64,000 nucleotides of DNA from Gnetum montanum (lineage: Eukaryota > Plantae > Gnetophyta). Made by a program: the position numbers and the translations under genes. Under the pieces are notes generated by a model. That model worked only from the letters and a program-made list of their open reading frames with translations, did not search any database and had not been told where the DNA came from. This document shows positions 13,286-24,634 of this stretch, one piece after another; position 1 is the first letter of the stretch, and every line of letters starts with the position of its first letter. The stretch spans positions 189,486-253,485 of the forward strand of contig MNCI01001105.1 of assembly GCA_015680685.1 (NCBI GenBank), written 5' to 3'.

Positions 13286-14510
13286 TTTTGTTTTAACTTG
13301 AGGAAAAGTTTCTAGTCAGTTGTGAATGTATGATGAAGTCAATTTTTAATTAGTAAAGATATCATAACAATGATATTGTATCAACAATATTGCAACAATA
13401 ATATCGTATCAACAATATCATGGATACGATATCATAATACATGCTATGTTTTCATTGATATGATATCTCAGGATATGTGAAACCTTATAAATATGATACA
13501 TAGACTCATAATCTAGATAACTTTCCATTCCATACCTTACCAAAACTCTTGTAATTTTATTCCATAGTGTTAATGATAGAAGTGAATGCCTGTAGTGTGA
13601 TGTATACTAATTTAATGAAGTCTTTGCTCAAACAAATTATACTTAGACATAGTTTGTGATGGAAATAAAGATCGAGATTGTTTCACATCATTGCAACATT
13701 CCCTTAGTTTACTTTTTGTTCACTTAGCATTATGTTTATTATTTTTCTAGTTTAATGTTTTACCTTTCCAATTATTTTACTCTCAATGTTAATAGTAAGG
13801 GAAATGAGTACAACTGATTTTGAGCACTGAAGTGTAATCGTTTATGAAGCCTAGTAGTGTTATTGTGTGGTATGCCCAATAGCATTGCACTTGGTAGCCT
13901 AGTAATGGTTACATGAAGTCCAAAGTGTGTGCAGAAAATTGGGAATAAATACTCATCACATTAGGCTAGAATAGATTTTTTAACTTGTTATCACAAGGAC
14001 TTAGATATTACTTTTATCTCCATTATGGCTACATTTATGATTAATTTAGGCCAAACAACATCAGTCATCATATGTCTCATTACAAGATAAACCATATACG
14101 TAGACCTTACTAGCTTGAAGTGGAAAGATAATGATGGTGAACTTAACTTAATTACTAGCATACCAACATTGTCTATCTAAGGATTATGATTAGGTTGTGC
14201 ATAAACACTAGTAACTTGTATGGTTGGGTCTTGGAGTGTTCCACCACTCATAAAATATAATTCACCATACTACAAGCATTTAAAACTAACTTTAATAGCA
14301 AAAAAATTACAAAAATTTCACTAAATATTTGGAAAAACTTATTTTCAATGCAATGGTGAGCTCATATTTATAGGCATAATCATGTTCCTCTACTTCATAT
14401 CTACAACAATATATGTATGATATTGTAGATATGATATCATAGTCCATGATAATAAGTGTATCATCATACCCACATAACTAATTAAAAACTCTTCCTTGAG
14501 TTTGATAAAA
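13286..14510. mobile_element. Old non-autonomous TIR DNA-transposon-like element
   Basis: About 50-bp imperfect inverted repeats at 13286-13336 and 14461-14510; decayed GATAYGATATC subterminal repeats at both ends. Confidence 0.5.
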
Positions 14511-14519
14511 AGAAGAATA

Positions 14520-16450
14520 TACTTTATTATAACTTGTGGGATTACATGGACTTGACATCATGAAAAATATTAATAAGAATAACTATACTATAAATGTTAA
14601 CTATACTATGACTTGAAATCATGAAGAATAACTATACCATGCTACAAAATGTGTTTTTTCTATCTCAAAGGCTCTAGCCATATTTTGTAGTTCTTGGTAA
14701 TTAGTTATTCTCTTGGATAGATTTGTTATAGCATCTTTTGGATTTTGGTAGTTGCATTTGACTACTTGTAGTTGAAATTTTATGATGTAAAGTTTCTACT
14801 ATGCATCTGTCTTGTTTGAAAAATCTTTTTTATACATGGAATATATTATAGCCACTTATTACGTCAATTCTGTTATTGGCATACCTACTATCAACATGGC
14901 TAAGTTAGTGTAATGGAGATTTACTAATCCTATGTATTTTATTAGGTTCTCTTTTGGTAGGTCTTTCTTCTTTAGTTCTACTTGATGGACATGGGCAAGA
15001 CTATCAAAGATGGATTATCAATTAGGTGTTTGGTATGTGATGGAACTAATATTGGATTTGGCCATATGGATATCTTTTTTATTCATTTATTTATACATGT
15101 CTACTTGATCTCTGAAATGCTTCTTAAGACTTTCATGTTTCTTGGCCTCATTTAGTCACATGTTGATTTCAATATGACTACATGTACTTATTCCATTAAT
15201 CAGGCTACATTTTCATAGGCTACTTGTCTCATATCAAGGTTAACTTTGGCAAAGTACTCTCTTACCTCATGGATACTTTCTTCAAGTATGTTCTTTTTCT
15301 TCTAATTGTCTATCAGCCTTAAGTTATCTGTAATAATTCTTTTCTTTTTTCTTCTAATCTAGTAATGGCCTTAGCATGGACATATGTCTAAGAATATACT
15401 ACTAAAGCATTCCAGACTTCCTTTTCTTTATCTACCTCTATTTGCTTCTATTTGGCCATGAGTTGATTAACTTGCTCATTTCTAAATTAAATGAGCTAGG
15501 CTAGTATTATGGTTTATGTATGATTCTTCCTTTTATTTATTAACATAGTTAACTCTTTTTGTAGTTTATACACTTCACTCTATACATGTTACATCCTAGT
15601 TTTTACAATGATCAGCCTACACTTGGTGGATATTAGTTTTAACTATATTGTAGTGATATTACTGGGGATATCAAAAACATTTTTCATGACATGTATTATC
15701 TATAGCTTTCTCTATAAGATATCTTCATGTTCAATAGAAGATATTATTTCCTTTCATAATGTTCTAGCTAATGTTTCTACATCTTTGGCTCTAGAAATAT
15801 CTACTAGTGGCATGATAAGAATATTTAATGATTTTTTTGATATGATATATTATGACTTCTACTACTCCTAATGCATCCTAGTGTTTCATTACCACTATAG
15901 TGGATTATTTTCAAGTTTTTAGCATTACCTCAAAGGATGTTTCATTTATTGAAATTTTTTATGCCTAGTCATCATCTTCTTCTACCTACAAAGATACATG
16001 ACCACTACTGAGTCTTATGGATATGGTAGGTCTGTTGGCATTGTTCCTTACTCTATAGATTCTTAATACTTATTACACTAGCTAATTATTTCTATTATCT
16101 ATTATAGATAGTTCATGGATAGTCTATAATCCTATTATGCTAGTGGATTACTTTGTTCTACTTGTTCTGTAGTTGGGATTGATCTACTGAATCCTATCTA
16201 TTTTGTTCTTGTGGCTAGAATGTTTGTTGTAAGTGTTGACCTTGCTACAACATTAGTGCTTGTTGATTTTTCTACTTGATCTTTCTTGGGTTACATTGGA
16301 TTAGATATTTTTACATATAAAGCATTTTGTACTCTTTGAAGAATACTTTTAGCTTAATAGCATAACGTTTTGATAAGACATAGAAATGGAAGAGTGGGTT
16401 TCTTTGTGTTCTTCTATTTAAACCTTATTTGGATTTCTAGAAATAATAGA
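14520..16450 (-). mobile_element. Highly decayed coding-like sequence, probably an old retroelement internal region
   Basis: Lys/Glu-rich coding-like composition on the minus strand with many stops; no recognisable domain. Confidence 0.3.
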
Positions 16451-16453
16451 TAG

Positions 16454-18152
16454 TAAAACACCATCAAATTTCATGTTGTAACCTCATTTCTCAACTTGAA
16501 GTAAGGATTCATTATAAATGTGAGATATGTAGTCCATCAACTATAATCTTGCATACTTTAGCTTTTTGGAACCAAGAAGTACTTCAAAATTTGTTGTTTC
16601 CTTGCTTTCCAAGTAGAAAATGGTACACCATGTCCATATTTGAGCTTTGGAAGGCTGAAAACACCATTGGAATGGCTAAAATTAGCATTTCATGGGTTTT
16701 TATAGAGGCATAGCCCCAACTACACTAGAGACGTTTTTAGTAGATGTAGTAGCTATTGTAGTCACACTAGCTGTAGTAGCCAATGTAGTCACTACCAAGA
16801 ACCTAACAGAAGTGTAACATTGGGATTGTTGTAAATTTTTTTTTTCAACAATAGCTAGGGTAGTCATCCCAAGTCATCAACAACTAGTGTAGAGAGCATT
16901 CTCTACCAGGCACGATACTTTCCTACAAATTCCACCATTTTCATAGATTCTAATTTTTTGCATATTTTCCACCACTTTTACCACTTTCTAGCAACCTCAA
17001 CATAGTCCACTAATGCCAACGTAGAAATAATGATGTCAACATAGGACAAAAGTCTATATACTATTTATAGTAAATAGATGGATTTCGTGGTAGTAGCCCA
17101 TTTCGTACTCTAAATGGCAACTATGTTAAAAGTAGATGATTGTTGATTATTGCCAATGTAGTAAGGATGGTCCTAGCATAGTCACAAAATCCTGTTTTCT
17201 ACTTATAGTAAATGGATGGGCTTTATGATTGTAGTCCATTATGCAATTACCATAAATTGTAACTACACTGGAAGAAGATGTTCATTACAACCTACATGTT
17301 GATACCAATTTATTAGCAATCATGGCATATGTGCATAGGTCCAAAAGTAGCAACCCTATCATATAAATACCCAGCAAAAATACCATTTTTCAAGTCCAAA
17401 AACTTGGCATTTTTGATCAGTTTTTGCATTTTGCAACCTCTTGGCAGCAATACCATTTTCCATTTTGTAACTATCAAAGCCCAATACAGCCTCACCTTGT
17501 AGCATTTTTTGGTAGTAGATACTAGTGCTACATTGGACACAGAGACATTCATGTAGCTTCCATTACTCCAAAAGTGCAATACCAATCCCATTCTCATGTT
17601 GTAGACCGTAGTAAAAATTAACAGAAAGTTGCTAAAAATCAAAGTTTGGAAGAAATCGGATCCTGGAGTTGTAGTAAGATGAAATTTTCTTTCTCTAATA
17701 GACTTCAAGATTTCACCAGAAACTTCTTTTGCTTTTGGCACAAAACCTATACTTTGTAAACCTTTATTATTTATTTTTTATAGAGTTTATTATTCATGTT
17801 GTGTAAGTTTTAGTTTACATTTTTGTTTTTGCACTTGCTAACATTTTGGACCTTCAACTCTAATACCATTTTTCTTTACATTTATAAAGCCATTTACATT
17901 TTTTTTGTTCATTTCTGTCTATGTTTATGTTTTTGTTTTCTCATTTTCATTTTCCATTTCATCTATGATTATGTTTACATTTTCACAACCATTTTTGTTT
18001 ACATTCCATAAGTCGTAGGGTGATTGGCAAGATCGCCGAGGAAACCCTAAGTCTTGTTTTCTAGAGACCCTTTGGATTTAGGGTTGAAACTATTTCAACA
18101 CTTGGATCTTTTGGTTTTTCCATTCTAGCAACTACGATTTCTAGCTCCAATA
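16454..18152 (+). repeat. 5' LTR of element D
   Basis: TAAAACACCATC start; the block AACTTGAAGTAAGGATTCATTATAAATGTG aligns with E; ends GCTCCAATA followed by GTTTTC and the PBS remnant. Confidence 0.75.
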
Positions 18153-18525
18153 GTTTTCTAGTGCTATTTTAGCAATTTTTGTCCATCCATCATACCTATA
18201 AAAATGATGTTTCCTCTCAAACATCTTTGATAAGCCTTGGTATAGTAGTAGTAATATAGTTGGATTTTGCTACAAATTTTCCATCTACTATAGATTTCCA
18301 ATCTACTGTGACATCCATTTCATTCAATGTCATTCTATTCAACATCATTCCTACTATGACACCCATTGCTATCTAGCAGGTAAACTTTTTTTCTTTTTCT
18401 TCATTTTCACCATTTAATATTCATTTTCCACTGCCTTTATATTTCCAGTCTACTACATTAGTAGATATTCCTACTTACTACATTTTTTTCCAAAACAGTA
18501 AAATCCCAAAAACTTAATTTTCAAC

Positions 18526-21505
18526 ATGTTGTTCCAACAATCAGCCAAGTTTCCTTTCACATTCTCTGACAATGGGTCCAAATAGTAGGACATGAGGGTA
18601 TATGACCCCAAAGATCCTACTATCATCATGTGTAGGCAGTCCTTGAGACTTATAGGACAAAGTCCTAAATTTTTTGTCATAAATGAAGATATTATCACTA
18701 CATTTGTGCTAAAATATAGGCTAGCATTATGAGTCCCCATGTGAAAGTAGAAACCAAAAGGAAATATGAGCCCATATGCTATGATAGGAAGGAGTACATT
18801 CCTTCCCCATATGACCAGATACCCTTGAAGGATGTCTATGCTAGAATCCTATCTCAACTAATTGATATGTATGAAGAAGATAGAAAGCATAGCTTAGAGG
18901 AGCAAGAGGAAAAGGAGGATGAGTTTAGGGTCAAATCTAAGCTCAAAAACATCATAGGTAAGTTGCTTCAACAAGCCACCCCCAATGCCACAATGCCTTC
19001 TTCTACCCCTTTTATTTTCTCCATGGGCCAAGTTTCATCACCCTCTACCCCTTCCTACCCAATGATGATCAGTCCCACACTAGTCATCACTGCACACCAA
19101 ACACAATCAGTGCTACAATCAACCGCATTCCACTTCTCCATGTCATTTGTCACCTAGCCATGTTTTGTATGATATTCATCAGTGGTTGTTAGTACCATAA
19201 ATCCATTGATCACTCAAGTGAAATCCACCATTGGATCCAAAGTAACCCAAGGGTCACACACCTATTTTATTTCATTTATGCCATAGATACCATCATTCTC
19301 CTTATTTGTCCCACCAACCACAACAATAACACAACCTCTCCCTTCTATTCTTCAACCAATAGAAAGACCACAAGAATTTCATCTCATGCCTCAACCATTT
19401 GTCCAAATCCCACAACCAATAAGGACATCCCAAGGACTAGATCAAGCTTTCTAGATGATCCAAAATTTAACTAAAGAGTTAAGAAAATGCAAAGCTTCAA
19501 CATCCTGAATTGTGAAGATAATGGACATCTACTAAAATGATCCCATTAGTCCCCTAGTCCTATCACTAACTATTTCTCCTAGTATCCCTGTGCCATAGAT
19601 CACCAAGTACGATGAAGAAGGTGATTCGAACACTCATCTGATTACCTTTGGTTCCAAGTGCTTATTATTTCAAGTATTTCCACATACAATTATGTGAATA
19701 TTCCCTATGTCTCTTGCAATAATAGCATTTTATTGGTATCATGCCTTACAAAGACGAGTCATATCCTTTTTAGACAGACTAATTTCACAATTTTTTAACC
19801 ATTTTAAGTATAACTTGAAACCTGATACCATGATTGACCAACTGATGAAACTCAAGCAAGGACCCCTTGAGCTAGTGTAGAAGTTCATCTAATAATGTAA
19901 TGCTTTGGTCAACAAGATACTAGATCCAATAGCTAAAACACACCTATTATCCATCTTCAAGGGGATGGTTAATGACTTCATAAAATCAAAATTATATTAT
20001 CTTGATCCATGATGTCTTATTTAAGAATTTTTGCAAACTAAGAATATAGAAGATGCCATGGAAGCTAGCCACATTCCTACCTTCATGGCATATAAAAACT
20101 AACATGAGTGTAAAGATAAAGATAAGGTTAGGCAAAATAATGTAGTAGTAGCAACTATGACTAAGGAAAGTAAATCAACTAACAAGGGGTTAATGAATAA
20201 ACAACCCAAGGCCCCTACTAGCAACAATGACAACCAATCCTCAATCTTTGGGGCCACTACATCAACTACATCTAGGTCTAAATTTATGAAAAATGACTAG
20301 TTGAAATATACTTAGTTTCCCCTCAAGCCATCAAAGCTTGTAGATGAATTATTGAAGAGCGGTAGGATTCAATACAAGCAAATATCTGAGATTACCCATA
20401 AGAGGCATGATAGGTTATACAAAATAGCAAAAGATGCTACTTGAGAAACTAAGGATGATCCTGTAGTGCCCAAATACTTTAAGCTTAACCACTTCTACCA
20501 TTACCATTAGTTGTCAGGTCATGATACTGATTTTTTCCTTATGCTTAAAGATGACTTGCAAAAGATGATCAATAAAGGGAAACTAGTATTAGACACTTCA
20601 AACCTGGTTAGGCCTTAGAACCAATTGATTCATGTATATAAGGATCCATTGAATGTGAACAAGAGTTCATACATTATATTGGTATTCAATGTTGATGACA
20701 AATGCATGCTTTTGAGGGAACCATTTGTGATTTAGGTACCCCCTCACAACAAAAGGGGCTCTTTAGCTTCTACTAGCCCAAGACATCCTTTTGTTGTAAG
20801 GGTACCATCACAAATACCTCTAATGAGCCTTTTGTAATTAGAGTGTCCCAACCCTCTAGAGCACAACCTATTACAATAATATAATAATCCCCCATGATGG
20901 CCAATACAACATCTTCTTCCTCACAACCAACTAGGGATTATAAGAAATCCCCAACCAAACAATGGATGAAGGCTATGTAGAAATCCAAGAATAAAACTAA
21001 TAAGTAGATTTAAGCTAGGGAATGAAGTGGGCTTGCTAAAGCCCACTTCCATCTCATCTATTCCCATGACTTCTACAACCTAGGCTACTTTAACAAGTAA
21101 ACCATGGGAGGAACCAAAACCTAAAGGAGAAAATAAATAGGTTAAGTCACAACAACAAACCAAGCATGAAGTTCATAGTTTGGGATGCATAGAGAAAGTT
21201 AGAAATAACACATCAATAATTGATAACAAAGACTTACTTATTGTGATGGAACAAGTTAAACAATCACTTAAAAAAAGGAACACAGCCTTGAGCTTATATG
21301 ACTTGGTCATTACTTCTACTATCTACCTTAAGGAATTGATTAGAATGTTGACCTCCATTCCTATTAGAAAGGATGTCCTTGCTAATGAAAATTCTATCCA
21401 TGTAGTCATGGCATCCTCTTCTTCCAAGGAATCAAAGTCAACATTGTTGGTGTTTTGCGATCCTAAAATCAAGACAAATCCCCAAAATGGTGAAATAACT
21501 ACAAC
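18526..21505 (+). pseudogene. Ogre-type gag (Retrotrans_gag core, YH..GH knuckle-like motif, pre-protease spacer); disrupted
   Basis: ITKYDEEGDSNTHL...IFPMSL...FYWYHAL...FFNHFKYN...LMKLKQG (about 19600-19860); YHYH*LSGHDTDFFLMLKDDLQKMINKG (about 20495-20580); EQVKQSLKKRNTALSLYDLV (about 21250). Confidence 0.8.
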
Positions 21506-22648
21506 AATTGAAAATGTCAGAGGTTGGAATAGAAGACTGAGAGGTCCAATATACAATGGTGTTGCGGTATCTTAGATTTTAGAAAAATGCCAAGTGCACT
21601 CATATGCCAAATGCCAAAATGCCAGTTGAATGCAAGAATTGCCAACTAAATGCTTCAAATTCCAAACCTTAGAATGTGAAATGCTGGGGTATTTATAGGG
21701 TTAGGGATAGAACAAATTATGGATCAAGAGCCACATGCAGAGGGGTAGTTGGGCATATGCTAGCCCCAACTACACTCCCACTAAAGCAAATGGTGTTCTA
21801 CTGGTGTGCTCCAATGGACCTTGTGAGACTGCCAAACTTTGACTACGTTGCTAAGACTACAAATGAGAGTGCCAAAAAAACCACCAAGTACCTAAAAACA
21901 AAGCAAAATAATGTTGTTTTAGAGACTATGCTTCGAGACTACACTATCCACTCTCTCAAGTGGTATTGAGCATAGGTACAATTTAGGAGCAAATGGGCAA
22001 TGCAAATGGAATGAAAATTATTGATCTTGCTTATCAAAGAAATTTTGGAGCTAAGATGCTAGCTGATGTTGAGTTTTGGAGGATTTTGGAAGCTATTTCA
22101 CCTGACTATGCTGTAGAGCATAGTCCAAGAGTTAGGAAAATTTTGCAAAACTTAAGTTTTAGTGGTGACTATGCTAACTATGCTCTAGAGCATAGTCCCA
22201 ATAGTGAGAGTGTAGTCTTGGTGATTAGAAAGATTTTACAAAATTGCTATCTTCATGCAGACTATGCTAACTATGCTCTAGAGCATAGACACAAAATTTA
22301 GAAAATTTTCCTAACTGTTTCTTCCATCTCAAGCTAGCTAAATAGCCTCTAGCTTAACACTTAGGAAAATTTGCAAACTAGTTATTAGTGTGAAAACTAT
22401 GCTAACTACACTCTAGAGCATAGTCCTGATAGGAAGAGTGTAGTCCAACACTTAGAAAAATTTGTTGTTGTTGTCAAAACTTAGAAAATTCTTGCAAAAC
22501 TTGACCACTTATGTCAACTACACTAACTATGCTCTAGAGTGTAGCTTTAGTAATGGATGCCTAGTCCCAACACATAGAAAAATTTGCCAAGTTTGACAGT
22601 TAGCAAAATTTTTAGTTAAAACTTGGGAGCCCAAATTTGGTGGTTTTA
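21506..22648 (-). repeat. 3' LTR of element B
   Basis: Starts TAAAACCACC after the PPT AAAGAGGGGC; TATAAATA at 21697-21690; aligns with the C LTR. Confidence 0.75.
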
Positions 22649-24217
22649 TTAATGGCCCCTCTTTGTTGATGTCTAGAGAACTGGACCTAGAGACATCAAC
22701 AAAGAATGCAAAACATCAAAACTAGTCCAACATCAACATCACTCATCAGTACTTGACTAGATGTTGCTTCATCATGCTCAACAATGCTAAAGGTAATAGT
22801 ATGCTATAGGCAAAGGATGTAGGGAATGTGCTAGGGAATAACAAGTGAGTGAAATGCAAACAGTGTGCTACTGCAAGATGCAACACAAAGGTGGCTTGTT
22901 GCCAGAATAGTGACCTCTTGTCATAGTTCTTATGACAAGGTCAACGTCCATGGCATTAGAGTGGATTACCCATAAAGATATGACCTCTCATTAGAATTCT
23001 TGTGAGAAGGTCAATGCAAATTTAGGGTTGCACCAGTTGTGAAATACCAACTCTACTAATTTTTCTTGGGGAAATATTTTTCCCCGTGCTTTTACTCTAC
23101 TTGTTTTTTCTGAGTTTTTTGCTTTTTTGATCTAGAACATGAGCCTACTTTGGGTTCTGCACATTGCAAGATGATAGCTATGGGATGCCTTTCATCAGGT
23201 GGGTTACATGCCACCTACTGAGCCTTTCTTTAGTACAATGATGTTGTGTCTATGGAATAGGTGTTTCCTCCTTGAGATGAGTTGCTTTACATCCACTTGG
23301 GCTTTGACTAGCCCACAAAGGCTTCTAATGGAACAAGTTGCATTACGTCTACAATGGGTTCTACGATTGACATAAAGAAGGTGTCATGCACATTGAAGAT
23401 TTTGCAACCTCAGTGATGCAAGGAAAGGTAGGGAAATGTAAAGTGCAATGGGTAAATGCAAGTAGGCTATAGCAGGGTAATAGGAATGCACACTTTTGAG
23501 TGGCTTAGCTAGTCTAATCATGCATCATCAAAGCAATGTGATGACTTACTGCTACGATGAGGTGTGTCACTACACGACCACCTCTAAAGCTTCATCCTAC
23601 AAACACAACTCATAGAAAATAAGAAAGCAACCACACAACATGAGATGAGAGTAAACTACTAGATGCGAGGATGTTGCAAGTGCCATGAGTGTTGGACTAG
23701 TTGCAAGAGCTTGAAGAGCCGTTGCAAGAAAGCTAGTGTAGGTGCTAAAGCAAGAAGGCTATAAAAGCTTTAGTAGCCACGCCAGTGGAAAGTGCCCAAG
23801 CAATGGTAAGAGTCCCAAAGTTCCAATGAGACAATGGGGGTCATAATGCTACTACTACTCCAAAGGGTTATTCTAATGATGAGAGCTCCAAGCAATAATG
23901 AAATTCCCAAGGCTAGTAATGCTATAGGTGTGGCCTAGAGCTAGTAGCACTAGCGACCATGGTAAGAGATCTAGAAGGTTAGCAAAATGCCCAAGGGAAG
24001 CTCTAGAAGATCAGAAAAATGCTGAAGGGCAGTGACACTATAGTTGTTCCATAGGTAGCTTCCAATGATAGGAAATCCATTCTAGAATTTTAGTGTCCCC
24101 ACCCCACCCATGAGATGTAGGTGGATGGCACAGAGTTGGAAGTATTGTCACTCACTTGTCCATAAAACTATGTGTGTTGAACTACGAACCCAATTTAAGG
24201 TCTTGGTCGATCATGAT

Positions 24218-24594
24218 GTGCTAGTTTATAGTCCTAGTAGACTATCATATGCTAGTTTAACATCATAGTAGATGGTGGATGTTGTGCCAGTAAATGTCAT
24301 GACCCAAGGATGAGTTGTGCCAATTTAGTGTCATAGCAGATAGTTTGTGTTGTTTATAGTCATAGAAAACTTTCTATGCTAGTTTATAGTCATAGAAGAC
24401 CATAATTTTGGTTGCTAGTTTAACATTTTAGAAAATGAATGCTATGCTAGTTTATAGTCATAGCGGACAATTTGTGCTAGTTTATAGTCATAGTAGACTT
24501 TGGATGTGGATGTTAGTTCATAGTCATAGTGGCCATGTTGTGCTAGTTTATAGTCATAGCAAACTTGTTGTGCTTGTTTATAGTCATAGCATAC
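24218..24594. repeat. ~12-copy ~30-bp tandem array downstream of the B integrase
   Basis: Unit approximately GTGCTAGTTTATAGTCATAGCAGAC. Confidence 0.9.
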
Positions 24595-24634
24595 TATTAC
24601 TTACCTTGCCTTGTTTGATATGTGATGTTGCATA

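Larger units (their letters stand above)
16454..21505 (+). mobile_element. Element D: 5' half (LTR, PBS remnant, gag) of the same Tat/Ogre-type family, interrupted by element B
   Basis: LTR 16454-18152 aligns with the A and E LTRs; TATAAATA at 17362; PBS remnant TAGTGCTA at 18159-18166; gag downstream. Confidence 0.8.

Noticed and set aside
18025-18043. tRNA-Asp-like PBS (TGGCAAGATCGCCGAGGA)
   Set aside because: It lies inside the LTR by alignment with A and E; the PBS remnant follows 18152.
21445-21460. TGTTGGTGTTTTG as an LTR terminus
   Set aside because: The D reading frame (LLVFCDPKI) continues through it, and alignment with the C LTR places the junction at about 21506.
21993-22301. ORF with repeated DYANYALEH motifs
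   Set aside because: It is the translation of palindromic U3 repeats inside the B LTR.
24218-24594. CRISPR-like array
   Set aside because: The units abut without unique spacers, lie in a plant retrotransposon 3' UTR, and have no cas genes nearby. ORF 24435-24638 (VLVYSHS repeats) is just their translation.
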